Virus record (IMG/VR): IMGVR_UViG_3300028864_000016
Location: 1 to 64,000 of that record
Length of the DNA: 64,000 nt
Reading direction: 5' to 3' (one strand)
Within the stretch, counting starts at the first letter, position 1. Each line of letters opens with the position of its first letter. The translations under genes were made by a program, and so were the position numbers. Positions 10,678-20,846 of this stretch are shown here, one piece after another. The notes under the pieces are model-generated. The model was not told the origin of the DNA, ran no database searches, and was given only the letters and a program-made list of their open reading frames with translations.

Positions 10678-11589
10678 TTATTTAGCTTGAATTACTTCAT
10701 CATTCTGCGTAGTCACTGTTAAACTATCATCTACTTTATAACTGTCATTATCTGCATAGAATGAATATAAATTATTATCTATTTTAATTACAACTAAATT
10801 ATTTTGTTCTGGATAAGTAGCAACTACACTTGCTTTATATTCACCGTTTAACGCCTCATGTACGTCTTTAGATTCTAAGTCAAGTATTATTCTATCTCCT
10901 TTATTCCATTGCTCATGGTCTTCTATAGCACGTTCAAAATTATATACTTTATTATTATATTCTGCTTGGATAAAATACTTATCAGAATTAATTACAGTTG
11001 CATTTACGTCTTGTGCCATTACTGGATTAGATGTAGTTAATAATACTATAGTTGCTATTACAAATGATTTTACAAATGTCTTAACTTGTTTAACAGTATT
11101 ATTAGGTTTAGTTGTTTTTGTGGTAGCTTGGTTTAATTCTTCTAATTTGAATGATAACCAGTCAAAGTCTTCTCTGTTTTCTACTTCTTGTGATAATTCT
11201 GTAAAGATTCTATCTGCTTCAATTTCTTCTTGAGTTCCCTCTATTGCGTTTCTAAAGTTTGCTTTTGCTTCTTGATATTTAATGTATAGTTGTTCATTTG
11301 ATAAGGTTTTAATTGATTCTTCATTTGATTTATTATATTTTTTTAATAAATTTTCCACGAATTCTTTATTTGCTGGAGTATTTTCATTTATTTCTTCATT
11401 ATTAATCATATCATGAACATCTAATTTCATTTCACTTGCTTTTTTATCATCATATCCCATAATATTTTTCCATCTATCTATTTCTCTTTCAAAATTTAAT
11501 AATATATCTAATTTACTTATTGGATATTCGTTCCATGCATAAGATTTAACTTTAAAATATTTATTTATTGTTGTTTTCATTTTAATCAT
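10678..11589 (-). CDS. Hypothetical protein with internal hydrophobic/signal-like segment and beta-rich C-terminal domain
   Basis: KSFVIATIVLLTTSNPVMAQ segment mid-protein. Confidence 0.7.
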   Translation of the reverse strand: MIKMKTTINKYFKVKSYAWNEYPISKLDILLNFEREIDRWKNIMGYDDKKASEMKLDVHDMINNEEINENTPANKEFVENLLKKYNKSNEESIKTLSNEQLYIKYQEAKANFRNAIEGTQEEIEADRIFTELSQEVENREDFDWLSFKLEELNQATTKTTKPNNTVKQVKTFVKSFVIATIVLLTTSNPVMAQDVNATVINSDKYFIQAEYNNKVYNFERAIEDHEQWNKGDRIILDLESKDVHEALNGEYKASVVATYPEQNNLVVIKIDNNLYSFYADNDSYKVDDSLTVTTQNDEVIQAK

Positions 11590-11825
11590 ACTCCTTAATT
11601 TAATTATTAAATATTTTTTATTTGCTTTAATTTATTTAACTTGTCTGTTTTATATGTAAGTTACAACTTTTAACTATTTAAATTTTATACTTGAACTATC
11701 CTGCCACGCATTCTAGCTTGGAGACTTAAAAGGTTTTATTAAGTTGTAACCTTGTCTACATTTATAATTATAAAGGATTGTTTTGTATTTGTCAATAAAT
11801 TAATAGAAATACTTTGAATTGTTTT

Positions 11826-13544
11826 TCACACTGCAACTTGTTCTGATTTCTCTATTTCTGATAAATAATAATTTAATATTATTTTAGCATCTTTTAAAGT
11901 CGAACAACTACCCTTTTTAAAACTATTTCCATTTGCATCAACTGCAATAAAAGTTCCCCAAATATTTAATATATAATAATCTTGTGCATTTACTATAGTT
12001 ATATAAGCAGTTTTTTCAACCAAGTTACTACCTTGAAAATAATTATTTCCATTTGAAATTGATACATTAACTTGTTTTTTAATTCTCTTATATTCATATT
12101 CTTTTTTATTTGATAATACTGCATCAATAAACTTTTTATCTTTTTCTTTTATTATTTTACCTTTTATATCCCCTAGTTTGCTTTTATATTCACTCTCTAG
12201 TGCTATTAGCTCTCTCATTAAGTTATCGTGTCTAGAATTCATTTTAGCGTCTTTACGTGCATTTCTTCCGTCTCTACCTGTTGTCATCCAGCTTGGGTTG
12301 TCTGCATTATTTCTAAGTAGTTTATAATAATTTTCATAGTAACGTTTCTTATAACTATTTAACCATGATTTATATTTATTCTTAATTGAATTATCTTCTA
12401 ACTTATCTAATTCGATAATAAATTTATTTTGATAATTATTTAAATAATTTAATATTTCTTGTTGGTGGTCACGTTCTTTAGTTCTCATAACCCAATGACC
12501 ATCATTTTCTCTTTTGCTTATTTCTTTAGATATTAGAAAATTTTCAGCGTTTATATTATCAATGTTAATTTCTATTGGTTCAACTTCTTTTAACTCTGTT
12601 GTATTGATTGTATTATTTTCTTGTTGCCCTTCATTATTTAATAAACCTATTGATTGCAAAAATTGTTTCGCTTGCTCTGAGTCTTTAGTATACCAACATT
12701 TATTAAATTTTGCCCACCTGTAACCATTTGCTTTTAACTGATTTCTAATTTCTTCACTTGGTTTGTCATTGAAATATAATTCTATTCCGTTCTTTTCTGT
12801 ATTAAATTTAACTTCACAACCAATTTCATTGTTTATAGTTTGTTCTGTTGATTCTATTGTTATTTCTTGAATTGATTCAACTGCTGAAGTTTCTTTTGTT
12901 TCTGGTTCTGCAACAATTTCTATAACTTCAACTGGTTTAGATTCTTTTATTATATCACCTTTTTTAGTTTCTATTTTATTAAGAACTTCACAAACTTTTA
13001 TTATTTCTTGAGTTAATCCTATTGTGCAACTATATTCATTACCTGAAGAAATAGTTTGACCTTTTTTTCCTAATTCCTTGATATATATTGTTTTATTTTC
13101 TCTAAATTTAACTAACCATATAGTTCTATTTCCTATGTATTTTTCTCCAAAAGTTCCAAATTTAATTCCATTAGGAAATTTAATAATTGAACCATCTTTT
13201 ACTTCTTGATTTTCTGATTTTACAAATTCAATTACTACTTCTTCTGAGTTAATTCCATTTAAATACTCATTAACTTCCTTTTTAGCTTTCTTCAAATCAG
13301 TCACTATTTCTATATTCATATTTGGGTCATTTTTGATTGATTTTTCATTGTAAAAATAATATCTATATCCACCACTTTTTTCAGTTCCATCAAGTTTAAC
13401 TTTAATTAAGCAATATTCATTTTTTACTATTGAATATCTAGCATCTTTCTTTGTGTAATCGTGAGCTACAACATATATATCATTTTCGCCTTTAACTATA
13501 GTTCCTGTTAATTTAACAAATTGACCTTCTTGTAATTGTAACAT
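11826..13544 (-). CDS. Multidomain protein with polyvalent-protein-associated (LPD-like) domain
   Basis: NTEKNGIELYF.DKPSEEIR..LKANGYRW....KCWY motif common in phage/conjugative-element early proteins. Confidence 0.7.
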   Translation of the reverse strand: MLQLQEGQFVKLTGTIVKGENDIYVVAHDYTKKDARYSIVKNEYCLIKVKLDGTEKSGGYRYYFYNEKSIKNDPNMNIEIVTDLKKAKKEVNEYLNGINSEEVVIEFVKSENQEVKDGSIIKFPNGIKFGTFGEKYIGNRTIWLVKFRENKTIYIKELGKKGQTISSGNEYSCTIGLTQEIIKVCEVLNKIETKKGDIIKESKPVEVIEIVAEPETKETSAVESIQEITIESTEQTINNEIGCEVKFNTEKNGIELYFNDKPSEEIRNQLKANGYRWAKFNKCWYTKDSEQAKQFLQSIGLLNNEGQQENNTINTTELKEVEPIEINIDNINAENFLISKEISKRENDGHWVMRTKERDHQQEILNYLNNYQNKFIIELDKLEDNSIKNKYKSWLNSYKKRYYENYYKLLRNNADNPSWMTTGRDGRNARKDAKMNSRHDNLMRELIALESEYKSKLGDIKGKIIKEKDKKFIDAVLSNKKEYEYKRIKKQVNVSISNGNNYFQGSNLVEKTAYITIVNAQDYYILNIWGTFIAVDANGNSFKKGSCSTLKDAKIILNYYLSEIEKSEQVAV

Positions 13545-13601
13545 ATCAATCTACCTCACTTCAATTATTTTAATTTGTTTACTTGTTCCCTATGTATCTA
13601 T

Positions 13602-13619
13602 TATAAGTCACGACTTATA
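13602..13619. promoter_or_regulatory. Palindromic operator TATAAGTC-AC-GACTTATA overlapping -10 of minus-strand promoter
   Basis: Palindrome; second copy TAAGTCATGACTTA at 14492-14505 in the same register to its -10. Confidence 0.7.
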
Positions 13620-13678
13620 TATCTGTCAATAACTTTTTTAATAAATTAATAGGATTATTTAAATATATTTTTTATTGC

Positions 13679-13876
13679 TTATAGATTGTTATATTTACGT
13701 GCTTTAACTTCTTTTATTAATTCCTCAATATCCTGTATATCTTCAAATGTTGCTTTATTCTTAATAAAACTTTTACAAGCTGATTTACTTTTTGTATAAT
13801 TAACTTTATCCTTGTTCTTATCTTCCCATGCCTTAACTGCTTGTAATTGTGCCTTAGATGTTTTTATACCCTCCAT
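13679..13876 (-). CDS. Small basic putative DNA-binding regulator
   Basis: KTSKAQLQAVKAWEDKNK...ACKSFIK pattern typical of small phage regulators. Confidence 0.6.
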   Translation of the reverse strand: MEGIKTSKAQLQAVKAWEDKNKDKVNYTKSKSACKSFIKNKATFEDIQDIEELIKEVKARKYNNL

Positions 13877-13985
13877 TATTTAAACCTCCTTACATGGTCT
13901 TATATAGTCTTTATTTGCTTATATAATTATAATAGTATTGTTACATATTTGTAAAGAAAAAGAAGCTTCTCAGCCTCCTATCTTA

Positions 13986-14246
13986 TTAATCAATAAACCC
14001 TTCTAACATTAATATTATTCCATATAACGCTTTTCTTTTTTCCTCAATTGAATTTGTATCGTTTAAACCATTAAAACAACTTCTATAATATTCTAATACT
14101 TCTACTGCTTCATTATTGTTTATTTCATTTATTAAGTCGTTCTTAAATTCTTCAATATTACCTTTGTAATAAAATACTAACCCTTCTTTAAAATTGCTTT
14201 CATATTTTACTATTTCATTTACTACCGCCATATTATTTTTCTTCAT
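13986..14246 (-). CDS. Hypothetical protein
   Basis: AGGAG RBS. Confidence 0.65.
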   Translation of the reverse strand: MKKNNMAVVNEIVKYESNFKEGLVFYYKGNIEEFKNDLINEINNNEAVEVLEYYRSCFNGLNDTNSIEEKRKALYGIILMLEGFID

Positions 14247-14739
14247 TTTAATCGACTCCTTTAATATTAATTAATTTATTATGTAAGTAGGTTATATTCT
14301 ATTTAATATATAACCATGAAAATATTTTAGCTTTAGCAACTTGATCTTTTAACATTCTTTGTAACTCTTCTGCTTTAACTTCTTTGATTGTTCTATCCTT
14401 GTAGACTATAACTGCCATAAATATCATTCTCCTTTAAATTTATTAATTTGTTTTACTTGTTGCTAAGTTCCCTTAGCTGATAATATAATTATAAGTCATG
14501 ACTTAGATTTTGTAAAAGTTAATTTAAGGTTATTTGGGATTGTTTATAACAAATTAATAGAGTTATACTTTGTTTATCTCTTAATATCTCCGTTTTACTA
14601 TATTTTTAATTTTATTTTATCTTAATTTATTGATAAAAGAGTTGTTTTAAAGCAATATTGATTATTAGTATCATTTATAAAAATGCAAAAAAGAAAACTG
14701 GATTTTACTCCAGCTTCATCATATTTTTATTTAATTGTT

Positions 14740-15027
14740 TTATATTGCTTTTAAAAGTTTATTTTCTTCAATTTCATTTTTGAATTTCTCAATTATATCT
14801 GGATAATCTTTTAAAACTTCATTAGATACGTTTAACCCTGTCCATATTGCATCCATTATAGCAACTTTGTGTTTTGCTATCTCTGTTTGTATTCTTGTTC
14901 TTATCCATCCTTCTGGTTTTTCTATTTGGTCTAACCATATTTCTTTTTTATGTTCGCTTAAAGTATTATAAATACCATTTAAATATTCTTTCTTAGTAAC
15001 TTCAAATATATTTTTCATATTAATCAT
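14740..15027 (-). CDS. Hypothetical protein
   Basis: AGGAG RBS, terminator 14687-14717. Confidence 0.65.
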   Translation of the reverse strand: MINMKNIFEVTKKEYLNGIYNTLSEHKKEIWLDQIEKPEGWIRTRIQTEIAKHKVAIMDAIWTGLNVSNEVLKDYPDIIEKFKNEIEENKLLKAI

Positions 15028-15713
15028 TCTCCTTTTAATTTATTATTTATCTAATCCACCATTTTTAACACAATATTCTTTTATAATTTCCTGTGCCTTC
15101 TTATGAGCGTCTTCTAATTCTCCAGTATGTAATTGGTCTCCATTCTTTAGTGAAAACAGTACAAATTCTATTGTTTGCATTGCGTTTGTTAATTCTTTAA
15201 TATCCATATTTATAACCACCTTATCTTTTATTTTATATTAATTTGTTTTCTTGAATTAATAATACCACTTTTTAATATTCCTGTCTATAGTTTTTAACAA
15301 ATTAATATAAAAAGTTTTGATAAAAGGTGGTTTTTATTGGAAGTTAATATTTGTTAATTTATTAAAAATCCAATTATCTGACCGTAAGGGAAGAAAAGCG
15401 TAGCGGTAGCTACAAGACTGTTATCCACTAAATGTTGTATTATCACCTAACGCCCTAACGGTTGTTCTTTTGCTCGTCTTTCAGACTTCACAAATAGAAT
15501 TGATTTATTTAATTGAAAAAGTGCCTATTTTAGTTAATATATATTATTACTTTTATATATATTCTATTTAACAGACACCACCTTCAACCCTAGTCATAGA
15601 GCCATTCTTTTTTGATTTTATAACTTCTCACTCTTTTAATTTGTTTAATTGTATTTGTTTTAATATGTAAAATCCTTTTATTTCTTTATATTTTAATTTA
15701 TTTTATAACTTTT

Positions 15714-16955
15714 TTAAGAAAATAGGTTATAAAAATTTTCATCTTCAAGCCATAATGTTAATAAGTTTCTCATTCTCTTTGATGGAATATAAATTGTAAT
15801 AGGTTCATAACGTCTTATTCTGCTTCTCCATAGCCATTGTATTAATTCACTTAAAGCATATAAGTCTTGATTGATTGTAATGTCTTTAGACTTAAAGAAC
15901 TGGTCTATAAAAGGCTGATTAAATATATTAATGCAATAAGCTAAATTATATCTTTCTACATAATCATTAGTTGCTCTTAGGTTACAAGCAATAAATCCTT
16001 TTGTATATCCTTTTCCTTTTAACTTACTTTGTTGATCTTTAAAGGTTGTCCATAATACAGTATCACTTTTTGCTTTTAGTTTATTGATAAAGAAATTTGT
16101 TATATTGCTTTTTAATTGTTTAACGCTTTCTTTGTTAGTATCATTTCTAAACCAACTATGACTTAAATTATAATATTCTTCACCTACTGCATTAAGTTTT
16201 TCATCATCCATAAACGTTATATTTTCTTTTAACTTATCCTTTACTTCTTTTTCAATAAGTTTGTAGTTGTCATCTTTAGATTTAATTACATATGTATTCA
16301 ATTTATTTAGATTAGCATAATAGTATTCGTATTTGATACCATTCATTTGATAATAATAACATTGTTCCTGAGCTTCAAATAAGTAAGTCAATATGTAAGC
16401 ATCTTTAAAAGCTTTGAATATTTCAACTGGAAACATCCATATAAGTATTACATCTTTATAAACTATTATACTTTTGTTTATTGCTAAGTATTTAATATTT
16501 TCAAAAGCTCCGGTATATTCTTTTTGTTCATTCCATATTAGATAATCATTTTCAATTTTTGCATAACCATCATTTATTATCATGTTAACATCATTCTTAC
16601 TTATATTACATTGCTCTATAACGTTAAATACTTCATCAAGGATTAATATATAATCATTACTTTTTAATAGTTCTACAGTCTGCATATTAGCTTTATGAAA
16701 TAGTGCATGAGTACTTACAATATTTTTACCTTCTGATATTAATTTGTTTAAGTTGTCAAATTTGTTACCGTGTTGATTATATTTAGGTTCTTGGAATCTT
16801 CTTGACTTACAATTCTTTTTAACTCTTTCAACTTCACTTAAAAACGGTGTAATATAAATATACTTATTGTTTGTTGTGTCATGATTAATCATATTTATAA
16901 TTGCACTTGTTTTTCCACTTCCCGGTATTGAATCTACTATCTTAATTCTACACAT
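15714..16955 (-). CDS. Superfamily 2 helicase-like protein (SPbeta YonV-like)
   Basis: Walker A PGSGKTS, ITPFLSE, ILDEV, motif VI-like QWLWRSRIR. Confidence 0.75.
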   Translation of the reverse strand: MCRIKIVDSIPGSGKTSAIINMINHDTTNNKYIYITPFLSEVERVKKNCKSRRFQEPKYNQHGNKFDNLNKLISEGKNIVSTHALFHKANMQTVELLKSNDYILILDEVFNVIEQCNISKNDVNMIINDGYAKIENDYLIWNEQKEYTGAFENIKYLAINKSIIVYKDVILIWMFPVEIFKAFKDAYILTYLFEAQEQCYYYQMNGIKYEYYYANLNKLNTYVIKSKDDNYKLIEKEVKDKLKENITFMDDEKLNAVGEEYYNLSHSWFRNDTNKESVKQLKSNITNFFINKLKAKSDTVLWTTFKDQQSKLKGKGYTKGFIACNLRATNDYVERYNLAYCINIFNQPFIDQFFKSKDITINQDLYALSELIQWLWRSRIRRYEPITIYIPSKRMRNLLTLWLEDENFYNLFS

Positions 16956-17274
16956 TTGTTTTATTCTCCTTTTTAGTTATTATTAAATGATTCCAATTGT
17001 CGTTAGTAACTTTTTTATATTCCATATTATAGCCTTCTAAATGATTTATAACTTCATGTATTTTATTACGGTTTAACTCTTCCCATAGTTGAGATTGTTC
17101 CTCCTTATTGAGTTCTACATTTAAATACTTTTCTATAATTGGTATATATTTTTCATATGTTTTTAACTTTTCTAAAGCAATTATACATTGTATCTTAAAC
17201 CTTGTTCCTTCTAATGCTTTAATTTGTAATTCTAATAAGTTAACTTGTTCTTGTAATTCATTAATATTAATCAT
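16948..17274 (-). CDS. Hypothetical protein
   Basis: RBS, overlaps start of helicase gene. Confidence 0.65.
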   Translation of the reverse strand: MININELQEQVNLLELQIKALEGTRFKIQCIIALEKLKTYEKYIPIIEKYLNVELNKEEQSQLWEELNRNKIHEVINHLEGYNMEYKKVTNDNWNHLIITKKENKTNV

Positions 17275-17291
17275 TATATTTCTCCTTTCTT

Positions 17292-17681
17292 TTATATATT
17301 GAATGGTGTTTCTTTGTAATTATCTAGTACAATATTAATATATTTCTTATCTGCTGAATAAATAATGTCATAGTTTTCAAAATATAAGTTATTCATTTCA
17401 AATACATTCTTATAATCTAATAATCCATCCTTAGATATCATTGATCTAACTGGATATATTACTAATTTGTCTAATGTCCAATTTTGTGCTAACATGAATC
17501 TGAATCTTTTATTCTTCTTATCATAGTATAAAATATCTTGTGTCAATATATCTACTCCATATTGTAAAGGCATTTTGTCAGCAAATATAATATATTTTCC
17601 TTTCTTTAATTCACTAACTATATGTAATATACTTGTTAGTTGAGTCATTTTAATATTGTTGAATTCTTTAATTTTTATCAT
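17292..17681 (-). CDS. Hypothetical protein
   Basis: AGGAG RBS. Confidence 0.65.
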   Translation of the reverse strand: MIKIKEFNNIKMTQLTSILHIVSELKKGKYIIFADKMPLQYGVDILTQDILYYDKKNKRFRFMLAQNWTLDKLVIYPVRSMISKDGLLDYKNVFEMNNLYFENYDIIYSADKKYINIVLDNYKETPFNI

Positions 17682-17841
17682 TTTTCATTCTCCTTTTATT
17701 CTATTAATTTATTAATAATATTACTTTAAGAGTTACAACTCCAATATTTTTTGAAGCTATAACTCTTTATCTATATTAACCACTTAAAGTGGATTGTACT
17801 ATATTTATTTATATTAAATAGATTTTTAATTATTTAGCTGA

Positions 17842-18084
17842 TTAAAATTTAATTTCAATTGGTTTTAAGTCAGTTTCATTGAAAAAACCACCTGCTATTG
17901 AACCATCCTTAAATATAGTAAAATTCATCACACCTTTATGATATATACGTGGTATAGTCATAATTATATTGCCTATAGAATTAATTTTGTAAGTGATTTT
18001 ATTTAAGTCATACCCCTTATTTTCAGCTCTGTTTAATACTTTCTTAATTTGATTTTTAATTGATTCATTAATCATCTTAATCAA
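17842..18084 (-). CDS. Hypothetical protein
   Basis: RBS and leader hairpin 18097-18124. Confidence 0.65.
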   Translation of the reverse strand: MIKMINESIKNQIKKVLNRAENKGYDLNKITYKINSIGNIIMTIPRIYHKGVMNFTIFKDGSIAGGFFNETDLKPIEIKF

Positions 18085-18125
18085 TTCCTTTCAACTGCCT
18101 TAACCTCTAAAACTAGTAGGTAGCT

Positions 18126-18380
18126 TTATTTTATATTTTCTATTACTTCTAGTTTTAATTCACTATTTAATAAATATTTTACAGTCATTTCAAATGGATA
18201 TGGACTACTTGAATCTTGAAATTTGATTTTATCTTCATTAACTTCTAACACTAAAGCTAATTTCTTAGTTTCGTCTTCTTGTAAATCTTCTTCATCTTCA
18301 AATTTTAAAAGTTCTTTTGTATAGTCTATTAAAACATTATCACCTTTTTGGATTTTGCTAATTAATTCTTTTTTATTCAT
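18126..18380 (-). CDS. Hypothetical protein
   Basis: RBS and own promoter. Confidence 0.65.
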   Translation of the reverse strand: MNKKELISKIQKGDNVLIDYTKELLKFEDEEDLQEDETKKLALVLEVNEDKIKFQDSSSPYPFEMTVKYLLNSELKLEVIENIK

Positions 18381-18502
18381 TTTAAAAACTTCCTTTCATT
18401 CCGTTAATTTGTTTATGTACTTCTTATCTCTTATATTATACTATATGGATATTGAAGTCAAGCTATTTATTTTTAGTTCTTTTAATTTGTTTTAATTATA
18501 TA

Positions 18503-18754
18503 CTATTCACATACTCTATATAAAGTATTATCATTAAAGAATTCAATGTCCAATTCTTTTAATTCTTGTATTATAAAATACTTTATATCCTCATTAACAT
18601 TCCAGTTAAACAACTCACTAACATTATAATAGATTCCACCATTATAAGTTAATTGGTTTCTTATAGCTCTTGCAGTTGATTCAATATTGTTATTAAAGTT
18701 CTTATACTCTTCTTTAGTCATGTTATTATCTTTACAGTATTTTGCCATACTCAT
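18503..18754 (-). CDS. Hypothetical protein
   Basis: GAGG RBS; downstream of long structured leader. Confidence 0.65.
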   Translation of the reverse strand: MSMAKYCKDNNMTKEEYKNFNNNIESTARAIRNQLTYNGGIYYNVSELFNWNVNEDIKYFIIQELKELDIEFFNDNTLYRVCE

Positions 18755-18799
18755 ACCATATAACCTCTTTTACTTCATGTTAATTTGTTTTAAGTTTGG

Positions 18800-19104
18800 T
18801 ATTATTGTTAAGTTTCTAACCACTATCTTAACTGGCATTCGTATCTAATACCCTTGACACGCTTGTTTTATTTTATACTAGACTATATAAGTTCACGTCT
18901 CGGACTCACCTCATATAACTCATTTTTGTTCGGTCTAGTAGGATAGCTTATTCTGGTCTCCTGTCCAGAAATGGTTTTTTCAGTTAAAACCGTTATTCTA
19001 AAAACTATAGCTTTTTTGTTTAAGAAAGCCTAAAACTGCTATGTAACTCTTACACACTTGAGAGATTATTTTTTACAAGTGGTTAACTTATATCTTGTCT
19101 ACAT
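18800..19104 (-). ncRNA. Putative ~300 nt structured ncRNA or 5' leader
   Basis: Promoter TTGACG-17-TATAAT (19110-19138); ends pair (19078-19089 with 18810-18824); internal stems TACTAGAC/GTCTAGTA and TTCTGG/CCAGAA; locally GC-richer and ORF-free. Confidence 0.55.
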
Positions 19105-20846
19105 CTATTATTATATATTAATTTGTTTATATCGTCAATACCTTTTTTATAGTTTTCTTAATTTATTTAAAATATATTTTTGAACTTATTTAATATTTAT
19201 TATAGTTACATTTATATAGTTTATTTGTATTATCTTTTATAATAGCTCTAATGGATTATATAAGCCGTTAAACTGGTTTTATAATATAATTATATTAATA
19301 CTCTATTAGTTCCAATATAATATAGCTATTAGAGTTTATATGACGTTATACTACTTTAGTTATGCAATTGTATTGTTATATAGTTAGTTGGTTATATAAT
19401 CTTATTCTATACTTATATCATTTGTAGTTCTTATATATGTTAGTATAGATTATAGATATATAGTTTCATTATATAGTATTGCTATAAGTTCTATTGTATT
19501 GTATAGTAGTTTACTATGTTGATGCATAAGAGTTCTAAAATGGTTTTATAATTGATCCTGATATATTAGTTACTTACTTATAATATGTATTCATTCCAGT
19601 TAATATATATTAGACACTTATATAATATTGCATTGTTAGTTATTAATAAGTTATGCCTTATATAGTCTTTATGTTAGGTTATAACGTTGTTAGTAATGCA
19701 ATTATAAGTGTTAATATATAAGCGTTGTATGAGTTTGTTAGGATTGTTATAATAGATATTACTATAATACAATGGTATCATATTGTTATTACTGCTTTAT
19801 ATAGATAGTTATTCAATATAGTTTCTAGATGTTAGTTGCATTATGATATTCTTATTAGTTTATATAGTTTTATATGTGATATACTATTTAATTATATATG
19901 TTATACTAATAGATTGAATATCGTTAATATTGTATACTTTATGTTAGTTATGGTTTGTTTAGTGTATACTATTGTAGTTGTGTATGATATATTAATGGCA
20001 TTGTATTAGTGTTTATATTATACAGTTTGTTGTTGAATGTTTATATATGTTATACTTTATATGTATTGTGATATACTATAAGTGTTATAACAACCTCAGT
20101 TGCTTTAAAACGAAAAATAAACCAGTAAATTCAATAATAGTTCGTATTTTAAAAATCAGACCTTGACCAGTTCCCTATCGTATGAGTAGATAAAAGATTG
20201 ATTTTAAGAATAGATATGTAACATTTGATACAATATGAGCATGATAATATCTAACATAAATCAGTAATTATATGCAAACAAGTTATATATGTACTATATT
20301 AAATATACATTTAGTGAAGTTGGTTTGTAACCGTTTGTATGACTAGCTTTGCAGGTTTTAATGTGCTAAAAAGTGGTATTTTTATGGTTTAGTTGTGTGG
20401 TTTATTGGATATAATTGTGCTGGTTTGTATGCTTATAGGTATAGGGGGGCGTGTTTTACATTTTAGTGTTCATTTGCTGAACGTAATAGTGCCACATCAC
20501 ATTATGTCGGATATGGAGGTTGGATTTTGACGATAGCATAAAAACACGAACATTAACCATTTTTAACATCGTTAAAGCAATCGTCGAGGCTTGTCATACC
20601 AACATGTTGAACTATTTAAAAATTAAAAATTTGAACATATTATCTATTAGATAATCCTCGAACCAAGTCATACCAACCTATAGAACGATACATACTAACA
20701 AACTTATAAATATAAGTAATCTTAAATACGCATTAACTACCCTTAACCTATTGATATCACAAGCCTAAGACCAATTATTTACATACAATAAAAAGAGACG
20801 CACTACTTGTCCTTATCGTACATCTCTAATTTCCAATTTATATATT

